From Paramoeba atlantica (Eukaryota > Protista > Discosea), in NCBI GenBank assembly GCA_977017575.1, contig CDRNVI010000036.1:143207-207206 (forward strand): 64,000 nt of DNA, in the 5' to 3' direction. Under the pieces are notes generated by a model. The model searched no databases. It was not told where the DNA came from and saw only the letters and a list, made by a program, of their open reading frames with translations. Below, piece by piece: positions 39,696 through 49,975 of this stretch (the first letter of the stretch is position 1; each line of letters begins with the position of its first letter). The translations under genes were made by a program, and so were the position numbers.

Positions 39696-41549
39696 TCATT
39701 TGTTGGATATCTTCGTTTCAGTATCACGAAAATCGAACTGCATGACATCCTTAAGCTCCCATGGGCAAATTTCAATGACCTTACGCATGTCTTCCACAAG
39801 ATTTTTACATGCATCTAATGTACGGATGTTATTTGATTCATTGGAAGTGTAACCCACTCTCCCATGTGAAAGCATCACAATGTTTGTACCACTCAGGCCC
39901 ATGCGAGCCACTCGACCGACTCGGTGGGCATAAGACTTTGCTGAAGTAGGGATATCAAAATGAATCACGTAGCTTACATCGCGAATATCGAGACCGTGAG
40001 CAGCTAGATCCGTTGTAACTAAAACAGCACCGTGTTTTGCATCAGTTGTAGGAAATAAATTAACTCTATTGAACCTCGCTGAAACGTGCACCTCATGATT
40101 AAGAAAATTCAGATATCTCTCCTGCCGTACGGTTGATTTCAACTGTTCATGAAAGGTTATGATTGCAGCTCCTGAAAATGCCAGCCATTTATGCTCACTC
40201 GCCAGCTGAAGCCTTCGTCCGACAAGCTCTGCGCGCCGTCCATTGGCACAAAAGACAATGTGCTTTTGTGAGGGGTGCAAATTTAAAACATGGACCAGAT
40301 AACTCATGTCATAAGAAAACGTAGGAGCAGAAAACAGCACGTACCGATTTGATAGACGGGCTTCCAGCGCTGTCTCATTTTGGAGCTGTATTACGGACCA
40401 GGGAGGGTGTTTTAAGATACGTACAAGAGGCATGGATGGATCTTTCTGGTCCAATTTATGAGTAAAAATAGTGTCCACAACCTCACAAAGACTTTCGAAT
40501 ACAGGATCTTCACCATTAACATCTGAATTTCTGCATAAATTTGAACTCTGTGAGATACTGTAAATGCATTTTTCGTTTTCAGGTTTATCTCCTTGATTCG
40601 AAAGTATTCGATCAGACACAAAAATGTTGCGGTTCTGCTCAGACATATCGAGGCCTCGTAAACTAAGAAAATCAGCCACGGCGTTTGAGTGGAGGCACGT
40701 AGCACCAAAAAGCCCAAAATCGATTCGTTGCGAATGCTTCGTATTATCGATGAGTGTCGTCCCGGTTGTGCCATCATTTGTAAAGATATCAATATTCCTA
40801 AGAATATCAGACATTCGCTGTTTATCTTCTAGCAATACATCTGCTTCATCAAGGATTAGTAACAGCGTATGCTCCCCCCCTTCGTGGCTGCGGGAAAATA
40901 TTTCGTCTGTCTTAGCGCCATGCTCGTCGTAACATCGCATACACTTTTCTAACTCAGCTGGTGTAGTAAAAAGAATCACACCACCTCCCCGGGTCTTCTG
41001 TCCTAGTTCGTTTTTTGTTGTCGATGCCTTCGTTTTACCTTCTGAATGCCCAGTGCGAAGCACAGGGGTAATATCGTATGGCAAGCTTGACGTTAGTTGC
41101 TTTGCCACGAGGTAGGATTGTTCCGCAAGAAACGTGCACGGAGAAACAACAACCGCGTGGGTCTGATTACGGCGATATGGCTGGCCATCGTGTGCGCGTT
41201 CATAGTTGCGGTTATACGACAGCAAGCGGTGCAAAACGGGAATAAGAAACCCCAGAGTTTTTCCACACCCCGTGTGAGCTTCTACAACCGCAGAGCTTCC
41301 GATCACTTGGAGGGCAAAAAAAGACAAAGCCTGGCAATGCGTCGCATGTGAAAGGTGAATCGCGCGTTGAAGTGCTCGACGAAGATCCGGGTGTAAAGGA
41401 AGCTGTTCCCACGTAACGAAGAGCACATCATCTGCAGCAACTTTGAGGTCACTTTCCTGCAATGTAGGCAACCTGCGAAGACGAACATTTCCTTTTACAT
41501 GGTTCTCAGTTTCTGACAGTCTCCGTTTCTTATTTCTTGTTCGAGGCAT
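39696..41549 (-). CDS. DEAD-box RNA helicase, DDX55/Spb4-like
   Basis: VVEAHTGCGKTLGFLIP, DEAD, motif III as GAT, TTDLAAHGLDI, HRVGRVARMG. Confidence 0.85.
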   Translation of the reverse strand: MPRTRNKKRRLSETENHVKGNVRLRRLPTLQESDLKVAADDVLFVTWEQLPLHPDLRRALQRAIHLSHATHCQALSFFALQVIGSSAVVEAHTGCGKTLGFLIPVLHRLLSYNRNYERAHDGQPYRRNQTHAVVVSPCTFLAEQSYLVAKQLTSSLPYDITPVLRTGHSEGKTKASTTKNELGQKTRGGGVILFTTPAELEKCMRCYDEHGAKTDEIFSRSHEGGEHTLLLILDEADVLLEDKQRMSDILRNIDIFTNDGTTGTTLIDNTKHSQRIDFGLFGATCLHSNAVADFLSLRGLDMSEQNRNIFVSDRILSNQGDKPENEKCIYSISQSSNLCRNSDVNGEDPVFESLCEVVDTIFTHKLDQKDPSMPLVRILKHPPWSVIQLQNETALEARLSNRYVLFSAPTFSYDMSYLVHVLNLHPSQKHIVFCANGRRAELVGRRLQLASEHKWLAFSGAAIITFHEQLKSTVRQERYLNFLNHEVHVSARFNRVNLFPTTDAKHGAVLVTTDLAAHGLDIRDVSYVIHFDIPTSAKSYAHRVGRVARMGLSGTNIVMLSHGRVGYTSNESNNIRTLDACKNLVEDMRKVIEICPWELKDVMQFDFRDTETKISNK

Positions 41550-42018
41550 TCTTTAAAGCATTGATTTCTTTGGCGTGCATGGCTTGGGTTTCATTGACAG
41601 TCTTCTGAAGAAATTAAAAATGCTTCTAAATACATTTGTTTCTGTTCCCATTTGAACACTTCTAGTAGAAGGGTTGCGATTCCTTTTCTTACCATCTAAA
41701 AATAAATCTAATTTGACCCTACTTATGACTACACGTGGTACATGAAGTTAAGAAAACTGCGTTACATTTAGGCAAGGGGTGTAAATTCATGTGATCTCAC
41801 GGTATCTCAGTTTGAGTTTTATCTGGAGTGCATAATGGGAGAGAGACAATGGGAAAGATTATGCGCCATTGTTTGTGCTGTAGAGCACAATTTTTTTTCG
41901 TGCTGTTTGTTTGTGTGATCTCTTGTGATCTCAGCTCTATCCCCGCTCATGGACATCCGACCCCTTCGTTGCGGATAAGCTTCTCCTTGAATGCTCATGC
42001 GTGACTCTGGGACAGACT

Positions 42019-43539
42019 TTATGATTGGAAAGCAAGGTTACTTGCAAAAGCTCGTTTATTAAATTCTGGAGGTAAAAATGTTACGTAATATGGTTTTAAT
42101 GTTTCCTCGGTACTGGCTTCAAAGTATGGAAAACTGTGCGATGTCTGCTTTTCGGAATCGAGTGTGGGCGCAGGGTATCGAAGTTCAATGGAGTGAGGAA
42201 CGTTAGTGTAGTTATGTTCTTCCCTACTTTTTCTGTCAAGGATGCCAGCATTCTCAACCACTCCTGTCTGGCCTTCTGAGGTTCCATGTTCGCGAACAGA
42301 AGAAATGCTCAAATAGAGGACGCCTTTTTGTCGATCAGTACAGTGGTTTGCTATACTCTGCACAAAGTACATTAAATCCATGCTAGAATGACTTTCCGAC
42401 GCGTGCTCAACGAACCAAAGTATTATCAAGTCCCGAATATCAGTAGAAGCAGACGCGAATAATTTAATGACGAACTCAGCACTGTGATCACGCGATATGA
42501 ACGAAGACAAAGCACTCTTGTCGTCCGCAAATTTTAATAGGGTACGGGAAATGTGAGCAGTAACGTACTCTGAAGAGAAATCTAAAATGTAACTAAGCAG
42601 AGTGATGCCGTAAGGATCAGTTAAAAATTCTCCCGTATTCTCGAGTACGTGTCCCACAAGAAAAGCTTTGCTCTGGGATGGGAGCATAGAAAACAGATAT
42701 TCGAGTAAACTGCAACCCTCTGCAGATTTAGCCAAATACACTAATGCAGACACAATTTGATGCAGAAAGGGGTCGAGTAGGTCAGGAAACTCACAGAGCC
42801 AACCCTTATGTTTTATCCGTTGGAGAAGTCTACGAATTACGTGGGCTCCATTTCTGTCCCGTAATGTTCTTAGTAAAGGAAACTCAGTGGTGTGGTTTTC
42901 GTTCGTCGCACACAGGTACTTCAAAAAAAGTGATGCTTGATCAACAGATTCGAGACTTTCTACGACTTTCCGAATTGGATAAGTACTTCGCTCATTGCAT
43001 CCTAACATCCGTATGGAAGGTGCGAGTAGTTCAATCAATTCGGATCGTTGTGTACAATCGCACAACTCAAAAATACGTTGGAAAACGGAAGCCGCGTGTC
43101 GCCGGGTTAGTAGATCGCTTAATTGTGTTTCCGTTAGCACTTGAAACTCCGAGTAAAGGGTTTCAATATCCCCCCTAGTGGCGTCTTGGAGAATACGAAG
43201 AAGTAGACGAGAGCCGGACTCTTCTTTGCTCAACGAGACTATGCGGCCAGCTAATGCGACAAGAGGAACAGGGTCCGGTTGCACAGGGACCGGAGGTGAC
43301 AGCGACAAATCACGTATCGGAGTTACTGTGCACGGATACACTTCTTGGAAAGAGTCTGAGCTCATGTTCGGGGCATCGAATGAGGTTGTCGGGACACATG
43401 GATAGTGAGGCATCGTAGAGGAGATCGTGTGACATAAGGGAATATCGGTGTGAGGGGAAAGCGATGGGGAGGGGGATAGCTCGTAAGACCATGAAACAGG
43501 TGGGACCGGGGGTGACAGAAGAAATCCACGTGAGTCCAT
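42019..43539 (-). CDS. Divergent Pumilio/PUF RNA-binding protein
   Basis: Repeats SKEESGSRLL, DRNGAHVIRRLL, DPYGITLL; Pro/Ser-rich N-terminus. First ATG at 43539. Confidence 0.75.
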   Translation of the reverse strand: MDSRGFLLSPPVPPVSWSYELSPSPSLSPHTDIPLCHTISSTMPHYPCVPTTSFDAPNMSSDSFQEVYPCTVTPIRDLSLSPPVPVQPDPVPLVALAGRIVSLSKEESGSRLLLRILQDATRGDIETLYSEFQVLTETQLSDLLTRRHAASVFQRIFELCDCTQRSELIELLAPSIRMLGCNERSTYPIRKVVESLESVDQASLFLKYLCATNENHTTEFPLLRTLRDRNGAHVIRRLLQRIKHKGWLCEFPDLLDPFLHQIVSALVYLAKSAEGCSLLEYLFSMLPSQSKAFLVGHVLENTGEFLTDPYGITLLSYILDFSSEYVTAHISRTLLKFADDKSALSSFISRDHSAEFVIKLFASASTDIRDLIILWFVEHASESHSSMDLMYFVQSIANHCTDRQKGVLYLSISSVREHGTSEGQTGVVENAGILDRKSREEHNYTNVPHSIELRYPAPTLDSEKQTSHSFPYFEASTEETLKPYYVTFLPPEFNKRAFASNLAFQS

Positions 43540-43789
43540 ATAGAAAATAGTTAAATACGCAGGATATGACACACAATGATATTGTGGAATAATATACAAT
43601 AATACAAACACTACTGTATACAAACAGTAACAGTACAGTTGTACGTACAGTACACACAGTGCAGCATTGCAACAATTTAAACCTTGGTATGTACTACACT
43701 ACATAGTATCTATACAGCATGTAACACATGTACATGTACATACATGTACTCTTCTTTTATACATGCATGTATTGTTCTCCAACACTTCT

Positions 43790-44437
43790 TCAAAGTGAAT
43801 ATCCTGAGCTCATTTTGACAATATCGGGTATAATGCCGTCCTTCGGTATGACCTTGGAACCAATTAAGAGTATACTTGTTAATTTTTTCGGCAAAGCAGT
43901 AAAGTCAACTACTCCATAGCTTACCTTACAGGAGAAGCTTGTAAGTGATAAAAAAAGTAAGCTCGCTGGCAATTTTGTAAAATCGAGGGGCCCTTCGAGG
44001 TAATTTTCATTCAAACTCAGAGACAACAGTTCAGGAGGGAGAGTACATAGGTCGACGTGTCCCATCACTGTACCATAACTAGCGTCCAAGGTATGTAACC
44101 CATTCGGAAGGCTCGCCGTGGGTAAAACTCCAGTCAGGAAGTTGCTGGAAAAGTATCGGCTACACCGCCACCCAGCGGTAACCTCTACGATACAAGCTTT
44201 CTCGGGCAAAAGTTCCCAGCGCAGTTTGCCACGAAGCGCGAATCCTTTCCACGAGATTTTGTAAATTTCACCCGTCGATTCACAAGACACTCCGTCCCAT
44301 TTACTTGCCGGAGTTTCTGCGGACCAGCTGTAGTGAGGGTTTTCTATTTCTGCTATCACCCGCATGAGTGTAATTTCTTGTGGGAGATTACCCGTGACGC
44401 GCCCCCGTCGAGTTGGCAGCTCCTCGCACTCATCCAT
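43790..44437 (-). CDS. Short LRR protein with LRRNT_2-like cap
   Basis: RGRVTGNLPQE..LMRVIAEIENPHYSW...WDGVSC, then ~4 LPxxLxxLxLxxNxLxG repeats. Confidence 0.75.
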   Translation of the reverse strand: MDECEELPTRRGRVTGNLPQEITLMRVIAEIENPHYSWSAETPASKWDGVSCESTGEIYKISWKGFALRGKLRWELLPEKACIVEVTAGWRCSRYFSSNFLTGVLPTASLPNGLHTLDASYGTVMGHVDLCTLPPELLSLSLNENYLEGPLDFTKLPASLLFLSLTSFSCKVSYGVVDFTALPKKLTSILLIGSKVIPKDGIIPDIVKMSSGYSL

Positions 44438-44931
44438 CAACCTACTTTTTTCACGAGTATGAGAAAAATGAGAAAATGTCTATTGCAGTAAGCCGTAGAA
44501 CCAAGAGAATTGCAGAATCAAACCGTAGTACAAGTAAATTGCCCGTTGAAAATTAGCTTCGGTTTCCCCTATCTAACAGTGATTATAACAGATTATCTGA
44601 CAGGGATACAATGTATATATACAATGTGTATGTCAAAATTAAGAAGGCAGATGGCACAAACGCTGTACTGGGAAATGCCGCTGAACGCCACCGTATTCGA
44701 CGCGAAACGGCCGCACTTCACTTTCTTGAAAAACCACCTCTCTACAGTAGTTGAAGTGTGGAGAAAGCATCATACTGGTTCTCCTATGTGGATGACCGAA
44801 AAGGGACAAGCGAAGCCGTAATGCAAGTTTTGACACATCACAATCAAAGAGACAGTCTCACGGTATGCGGATCATATCCCCAGTAACCGAAAGTGATGAA
44901 AAACAGAGTGCGATACCGCAACGTGTCATCT

Positions 44932-45906
44932 CTATGGAACAACTTTGTTGGTCTTGATCGGTACATTCTGGATCAGCTGACCAACATAGTCTCGCATGGA
45001 TTTTTCAAGTTCATCTCCACGAATCGGGCTAGGAAGGACACCCGAGGGCCACTGGGAGGCGTCGCTGGGCGTCGGAACACTGCGTACGAGTCTTTCCGTA
45101 GGCAAATGAGCGCCAAAATAATACACCACGGTAGCTTTTGCTTTCGGGGGACGTATCATACAATGTTCAATGCAACACAGAGGTAACTGAGTAGGAGGGT
45201 GGGCCAACAAGGTGGCTTGTTCGGCACGAATGTTGCGTGGAAGGTATAATACGACATTCGGGGTGAGTCCTCTGCACGCTGCCACCAAGTCAAGTGTGCT
45301 AGGGTTGGTATCTCGCAAATCATAATACGCAGTCAAAGAATACAACGGGCCACCCCAGGGTGGGGATAAAAATACTCCACAGAGTTCTTCCTGCCCACCC
45401 TGTTGGGTTTCTTCATTAGATTTCTGAAACCTTGGCAAGAGTTCGTTCTCCAGGAGTTCGAATACGTCCGACGTATGAAACTCAATTTTTTTGGCTACCC
45501 CATAAATTTTTGCATTGTGTTGCGCCATCTCTATCTTTCGTGGGTCAATGTCTACTGCTATTATCTTGTCAAAAAACAAGGCAAGCTGTATAGCGTTGGA
45601 GCCACATCCGCACATTCCGTCGACAAATGTGAGCTGAGGTCCATTTTTTTCATTTCCCAGTGCTAGGGAAGATGGTTGTGCCGCTATCCGTGACTCTTGC
45701 GTTGTGCTTTCAGTGCACCGACTGCCATACCATTTCCAACATCGCGAGGCTATGTGTGTCGCAATGGATTCCGGGGTGGCGCTGTACCAACTCTCGGTGT
45801 CAATCGCTACACCGCTGTCGTATTTCGACCAGAGTTCATATCGTTGGGCAAAATATTTGGTCTCCACATCGGGAGGACATGATTGAGGGGCGTTGAATTC
45901 AGGCAT
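44932..45906 (-). CDS. TGS1: Trimethylguanosine synthase
   Basis: KYFAQRYELWS, SWYSATPESIA, DGMCGCGSNAIQ, FLSPPWGGP, LYLPRN. Confidence 0.93.
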   Translation of the reverse strand: MPEFNAPQSCPPDVETKYFAQRYELWSKYDSGVAIDTESWYSATPESIATHIASRCWKWYGSRCTESTTQESRIAAQPSSLALGNEKNGPQLTFVDGMCGCGSNAIQLALFFDKIIAVDIDPRKIEMAQHNAKIYGVAKKIEFHTSDVFELLENELLPRFQKSNEETQQGGQEELCGVFLSPPWGGPLYSLTAYYDLRDTNPSTLDLVAACRGLTPNVVLYLPRNIRAEQATLLAHPPTQLPLCCIEHCMIRPPKAKATVVYYFGAHLPTERLVRSVPTPSDASQWPSGVLPSPIRGDELEKSMRDYVGQLIQNVPIKTNKVVP

Positions 45907-46068
45907 GAAATCGGAAGACGCAAAGTTTTCAAAATGGAGAAAATGATTCTAAAAACTGAAATTACCGCCGCCCTATTATTAGATACTATAGAAATAAATT
46001 TTCATTTTTCGTCGCTTACCGTCGAAACAGATATTAAGGTAAATAAATTAAGGTACTAGATCTAATTG

Positions 46069-46403
46069 CTGTTACCCCCCCTTTATACTTCCGCCGGTTT
46101 CTGTACTTTTGGAAGTACAAAGGGGGAACCTGACTTTTGGAAGTACAAACAGGGGGGTCCGATTTTTCGAAAACTACGCGAAGAAAAAGGGGACAAAAGA
46201 AAACTTGCGCCGCTTCGAAAAAAGACCTAAAAGATCCATCTTAGAGTCATTTTGCTCGATACTTCGATAAGAGAAGAGCCAATGCGTAACCTTCAATGTA
46301 ATTGAATATCGAGTTGAAATGAAAGAAAATAGTTTTTGGAGTTTTTCGGACCCTGGTTTAAAGTAGGGGTGCAGATACGAAAAAGAAAATAGTGAGGGGA
46401 CGG
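46069..46403. mobile_element. Possible decayed MITE-like element
   Basis: CTGTTACCCCCCC at the left and GAGGGGACGG|TA at the right; internal ACTTTTGGAAGTACAA twice; partial GCGCCGCTTCG motif shared with the other MITEs. Confidence 0.3.
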
Positions 46404-46558
46404 TATGTTTCCTGTATGTAAAACATCATTGGAACACGATACAATGTACTACCTCCGTGCAGCATTTCGGAAGAATAATTGAAGGGATGTGGATCTCGCT
46501 GTGATTCATGATGAATAAAGTGCTTTCAATCTGCACAGCGAAACACGTTTCTTGCACA

Positions 46559-47173
46559 TTATTTTGTAAGATCCCTCGCTTCAATGGGTATTGTGGCGTG
46601 TTGATCTGCCAGAGTGATAGGTGAAGTATCATTCTCTCCAATGGCTCGAAAATGTTTTTGCTTTAATTCTGCTAGGCTCTTTGCAAAGTCAGGCCTCGGT
46701 TGCTGTTCTTGAGTGGGTTTCTGATTTGGCAATGCATCGCGTCCACGCATGTTGGGCGACAAATTGGTAGGAGCATAAATCTCCATAGTCGTGGGTCGGT
46801 TACGCAGGACAAAAAGATAATTTTTCCACAAGCGGTATGAAGAAGCACATTCGCTGGTAGTCTCCAGTGACGTTTTTTCTTCATTTTTGGAGTTCTGCAG
46901 CTCGTTTCGCTCTACATTTTGTGTTTTACAGAGTGTAAGATATTGCTGACAATAGCGACGACAGCGCTCAACTTCGCGCAGCCTCCCTCGCGTGGCCTCA
47001 CGTTGGCGAGAGAAAGCACTTCCCCAGGGGACAACACCCAGCTCTCTCTCGAAACGGTCGGTTTCGGCGGCGCAAAAGTCAATGCAAGCAGGACACGTCT
47101 GTCCATCGTCATCGTACTCATGTCCAGGAGCGGGACCGAAAAGATATTCCAAGACAGGCTCCAAGGTCGGCAT
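46559..47173 (-). CDS. Hypothetical protein (Cys cluster CPACIDFC)
   Basis: 204-aa ATG-started ORF on the cluster strand. Confidence 0.5.
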   Translation of the reverse strand: MPTLEPVLEYLFGPAPGHEYDDDGQTCPACIDFCAAETDRFERELGVVPWGSAFSRQREATRGRLREVERCRRYCQQYLTLCKTQNVERNELQNSKNEEKTSLETTSECASSYRLWKNYLFVLRNRPTTMEIYAPTNLSPNMRGRDALPNQKPTQEQQPRPDFAKSLAELKQKHFRAIGENDTSPITLADQHATIPIEARDLTK

Positions 47174-47410
47174 TGTCCTAGCGAAGCAATGCAAGAAGGC
47201 AGTAGTCTATGGTTTGTAAAAGGACAAACCGAAAACCATGAGTAAGATAATACAAAGAGAATCAATTACACAAACAATGTAACTTGTTGACACAATACCA
47301 AAATCCCCATTTCTCATTCCGTTTCTGTAAACCTGTATCCATTATTCTTAAAGAACGTACTCTACAAAATTAGGGTTGTACCCCTATGCGCAGTCGTACC
47401 CTTATGCACC

Positions 47411-48766
47411 TCATCGCTTCACAGTCCTCTTTTTTTTGGAGTGTGATGATCCCAATCGGAATACGCACAGTAAAGGGGGAATCTCTGGTTTCTCAAACGC
47501 CACGAAGTCATTATTTCGCAAGTTCACCTCTAGCATCCCGTTGGGCAAATGTCGCAGATCCGCGGTCCCGTCGAGTTGATTATACTCTAACCGAAGCGAT
47601 GTAAGGGCGGGCGGCAGGTTCGCCAAATTCACCGGCCCTGTGAGCTGATTATGGTCCAGTCGAAGCATCTGCAGCCCACCGGGAAGCATCTCGAATTGCA
47701 CCGGCCCACTCAGCCTATTGTGGTCCACCCGCAGATCCAGAAGTTGGCCAGGTAGCCCGGTTAGATCCACGCCCCCCTCGAACTCGTTATGGTTCACATA
47801 AAGCGTCTCCATCTCCAGTGGCAGATGTCGCAAACCCAGCCCCCCGGTCAAATTATTATGATCGACCCGAAGAAACGATAAACCCGGCGGAAGGTTATCC
47901 AGCCCCAACCCTCCACTAAACTCATTCTTCTCCAGGTGCGCATACGCCAATCGAGGCGGGAGATGGGTCAAATCCAACGCCCCGCTTAACCGGTTATGGT
48001 CCACGTAGATATCACTCAGCGCCTCCGGGAGTCGGGTGAAATCCACCGCCCCCTCGAACGCGTTATGCTCCAGCCGGACATACTCCAGCGACGGGGGGAG
48101 CGCACTGAGGCACAGGTGACCGCTCAGCGCGTTGTGGTCCAGATACAAATCCTGCAGGGTCTTGGGTAAATTCCGCAGCTCCACGGGCCCGGTGAATTGA
48201 TTATGATCCAGTCGGATGTACTCCAACAACGGGGGAAGGGCCTCGAGGGAGATCCCCCCCTCGAAACGGTTACGATTTAACCCGAGATAGGTAAGCGGAG
48301 GGGGCAGCGAGGTGAGCTCGAGCTCCCCGTGGAGATGATTATTCCCGAGACGAATATCGGAGAGGTTGCCGGGGAGAGAGCGTAAATCAAGGCACCCGGT
48401 AAATTCGTTGTGGTCCCCGTAAAGGGTTTCCAGGGTGGGGGGGAGCTCGGGGAGGGAAAGACCCCCGTCGAGTTCATTTCCTTTGAGGTCGAGATAGAGC
48501 AGGGTGTCGGGGATGTAGCTCCAGGAGAGGTTCCCGGAGAGCTCACGTTCGTTCCATGCCATGTCCTCCAGGACTCCCGCATCGGAGCACGTGATGCCGT
48601 CCCAACGACACGCCGCACGACGGGAGTGCCAGGAGCGGTGCGGGTTGTTAAGGTGCTGGATAAAACGCTCCAGGTAGTACTCGGCGGGCATGACGGCACC
48701 GCGAACGCGCCCGCGTCGTGGTTCGTCGGATGTCAAGGTCACGGGGAGGTGTGTGAATGTCGGCAT
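47411..48766 (-). CDS. LRR protein with 15 regular 23-aa repeats and LRRNT_2-like cap
   Basis: NNPHRSW...ACRWDGITC cap; LPxxLxxLxLDHNxF/LxGxLDLxx repeats; basic C-terminus KKKRTVKR; no signal peptide. First ATG at 48766. Confidence 0.9.
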   Translation of the reverse strand: MPTFTHLPVTLTSDEPRRGRVRGAVMPAEYYLERFIQHLNNPHRSWHSRRAACRWDGITCSDAGVLEDMAWNERELSGNLSWSYIPDTLLYLDLKGNELDGGLSLPELPPTLETLYGDHNEFTGCLDLRSLPGNLSDIRLGNNHLHGELELTSLPPPLTYLGLNRNRFEGGISLEALPPLLEYIRLDHNQFTGPVELRNLPKTLQDLYLDHNALSGHLCLSALPPSLEYVRLEHNAFEGAVDFTRLPEALSDIYVDHNRLSGALDLTHLPPRLAYAHLEKNEFSGGLGLDNLPPGLSFLRVDHNNLTGGLGLRHLPLEMETLYVNHNEFEGGVDLTGLPGQLLDLRVDHNRLSGPVQFEMLPGGLQMLRLDHNQLTGPVNLANLPPALTSLRLEYNQLDGTADLRHLPNGMLEVNLRNNDFVAFEKPEIPPLLCVFRLGSSHSKKKRTVKR

Positions 48767-48985
48767 ATGAGTCGGATGTAAAAAGAATTGAAAAATCTTT
48801 AGATTTTGTGATTGCAATGGTACTGGTGTCTTCTTGTTTAATGTGTTTTACGGAGATATTTTTGTATATTGTCACTCCCCCGATTATTCAAGGAAGTTTT
48901 TGGTCTGCCTCGGGCATTTGAGTACTGTTGCGAAATTATGTGATGAGGGTAACGGCTGAAGCAAAATTCGTTTTTTCCATAAATA

Positions 48986-49533
48986 CTGTACCCCGTTTAT
49001 AATAGCCTCGCTTTTACCCAAATGAACCTACAAAGGGGGGAGGGCGATTGAAGATTAAGAGTTGGCACAGAAATCACCCTACATTAGGGAGCGAGGAACC
49101 AGGAACTATTCAATCGCTAAGTGGGCCCCGGCGCCCTTCCAAAGTAAAATGTCCAGCACGAACACGCGCCATATCTCGAAGAACCATATGAAAATATCAA
49201 AATACAGGGGCGGTTGTTGATCTTGCCCCCTCCTGGGAAATTTTAATTTTTTTATCCGTTTTTGCAGAGTGTTTTTTGGACCCAGGGGGCACCAATGGGT
49301 CTCTATAAAAAAAGGCGGCAAAGCTCTTCGCTAGGGGAACGAGATCTCTTCAATGCTGCAAAGATGAGCAAAAACGGATAAAAAAATTAAAATTTCCCAG
49401 GAGGGGGCAAGATCAACCGCCCCTGTATTTAAGACAGTGCAAGAAAATTAAAAAAAATCTTCCCCAGTTTGTCAAAAAAAGAACCCATAAAGGGGGGGAG
49501 GGGTCGAGGCTATTATAAACAGGGGGGGTACAG
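48986..49533. mobile_element. MITE-like element with TA target and a nested element
   Basis: TA|CTGTACCCCGTTTATAATAGCCTCG ... CGAGGCTATTATAAACAGGGGGGGTACAG|TA. Confidence 0.75.
49205..49424. mobile_element. Nested 220-bp MITE with ~60-bp TIRs
   Basis: TA|CAGGGGCGGTTG(TTG)ATCTTGCCCCCTCCTGGGAAATTTTAATTTTTTTATCCG and the inverted copy ending ACCGCCCCTG|TA. The interior matches the TIR interior of the 33290-34026 element. Confidence 0.85.
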
Positions 49534-49769
49534 TATGTTCAAAAATCGCTCAAAATCTGTTGAAAAACTTGAACTGACAACCTGAGCTTAAAAAGCACAC
49601 TATACATACACGCGAGCGCAAAGCTTTTTTAAATTTTAAAGCACGTGCAGCAATGCATTCCCCGCCATTACACTTCCAACTTCCGCTTCCTTGCTCTGCA
49701 TAGGCCTGCACCCGATCTTCTCTCCGGGCGGCTTTCCGGCCCAACATGCCACCTTCACGCTTCGAGCGC

Positions 49770-49975
49770 TTCTTGACGATTGAGTCGCGCACCCCAGTGT
49801 TTGTGTATACACCTTCCTCAGTGACCCACTGCCGACGGTGGTTCACGCTTTCCCACTAGTAGTCTCCCCGGAGACGAATATTGTGACGAGCGCCGTCCGT
49901 CCAAATTCAGGTAAATTCTGTAATTCCGGGTACAAGAGAAGCGGAAGTGCGATCTGGAACTATTTGCATCAAAAT
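49770..49975 (-). pseudogene. Merlin/IS1595-family transposase fragment
   Basis: Manual translation ILMQIVPDRTSASLVPGITEFT*IWTDGARHNIRLRGDY*WESVNHRRQWVTEEGVYTNT: VPDR, TDG, VNH and xTNT motifs with two in-frame stops. Confidence 0.7.

Noticed and set aside
44639-44880. Possible small gene with TGA readthrough (MIRIP*DCLF...), suggesting code reassignment
   Set aside because: No homology; conserved genes here end in TAA, TAG and TGA with no in-frame stops, so the standard code fits.
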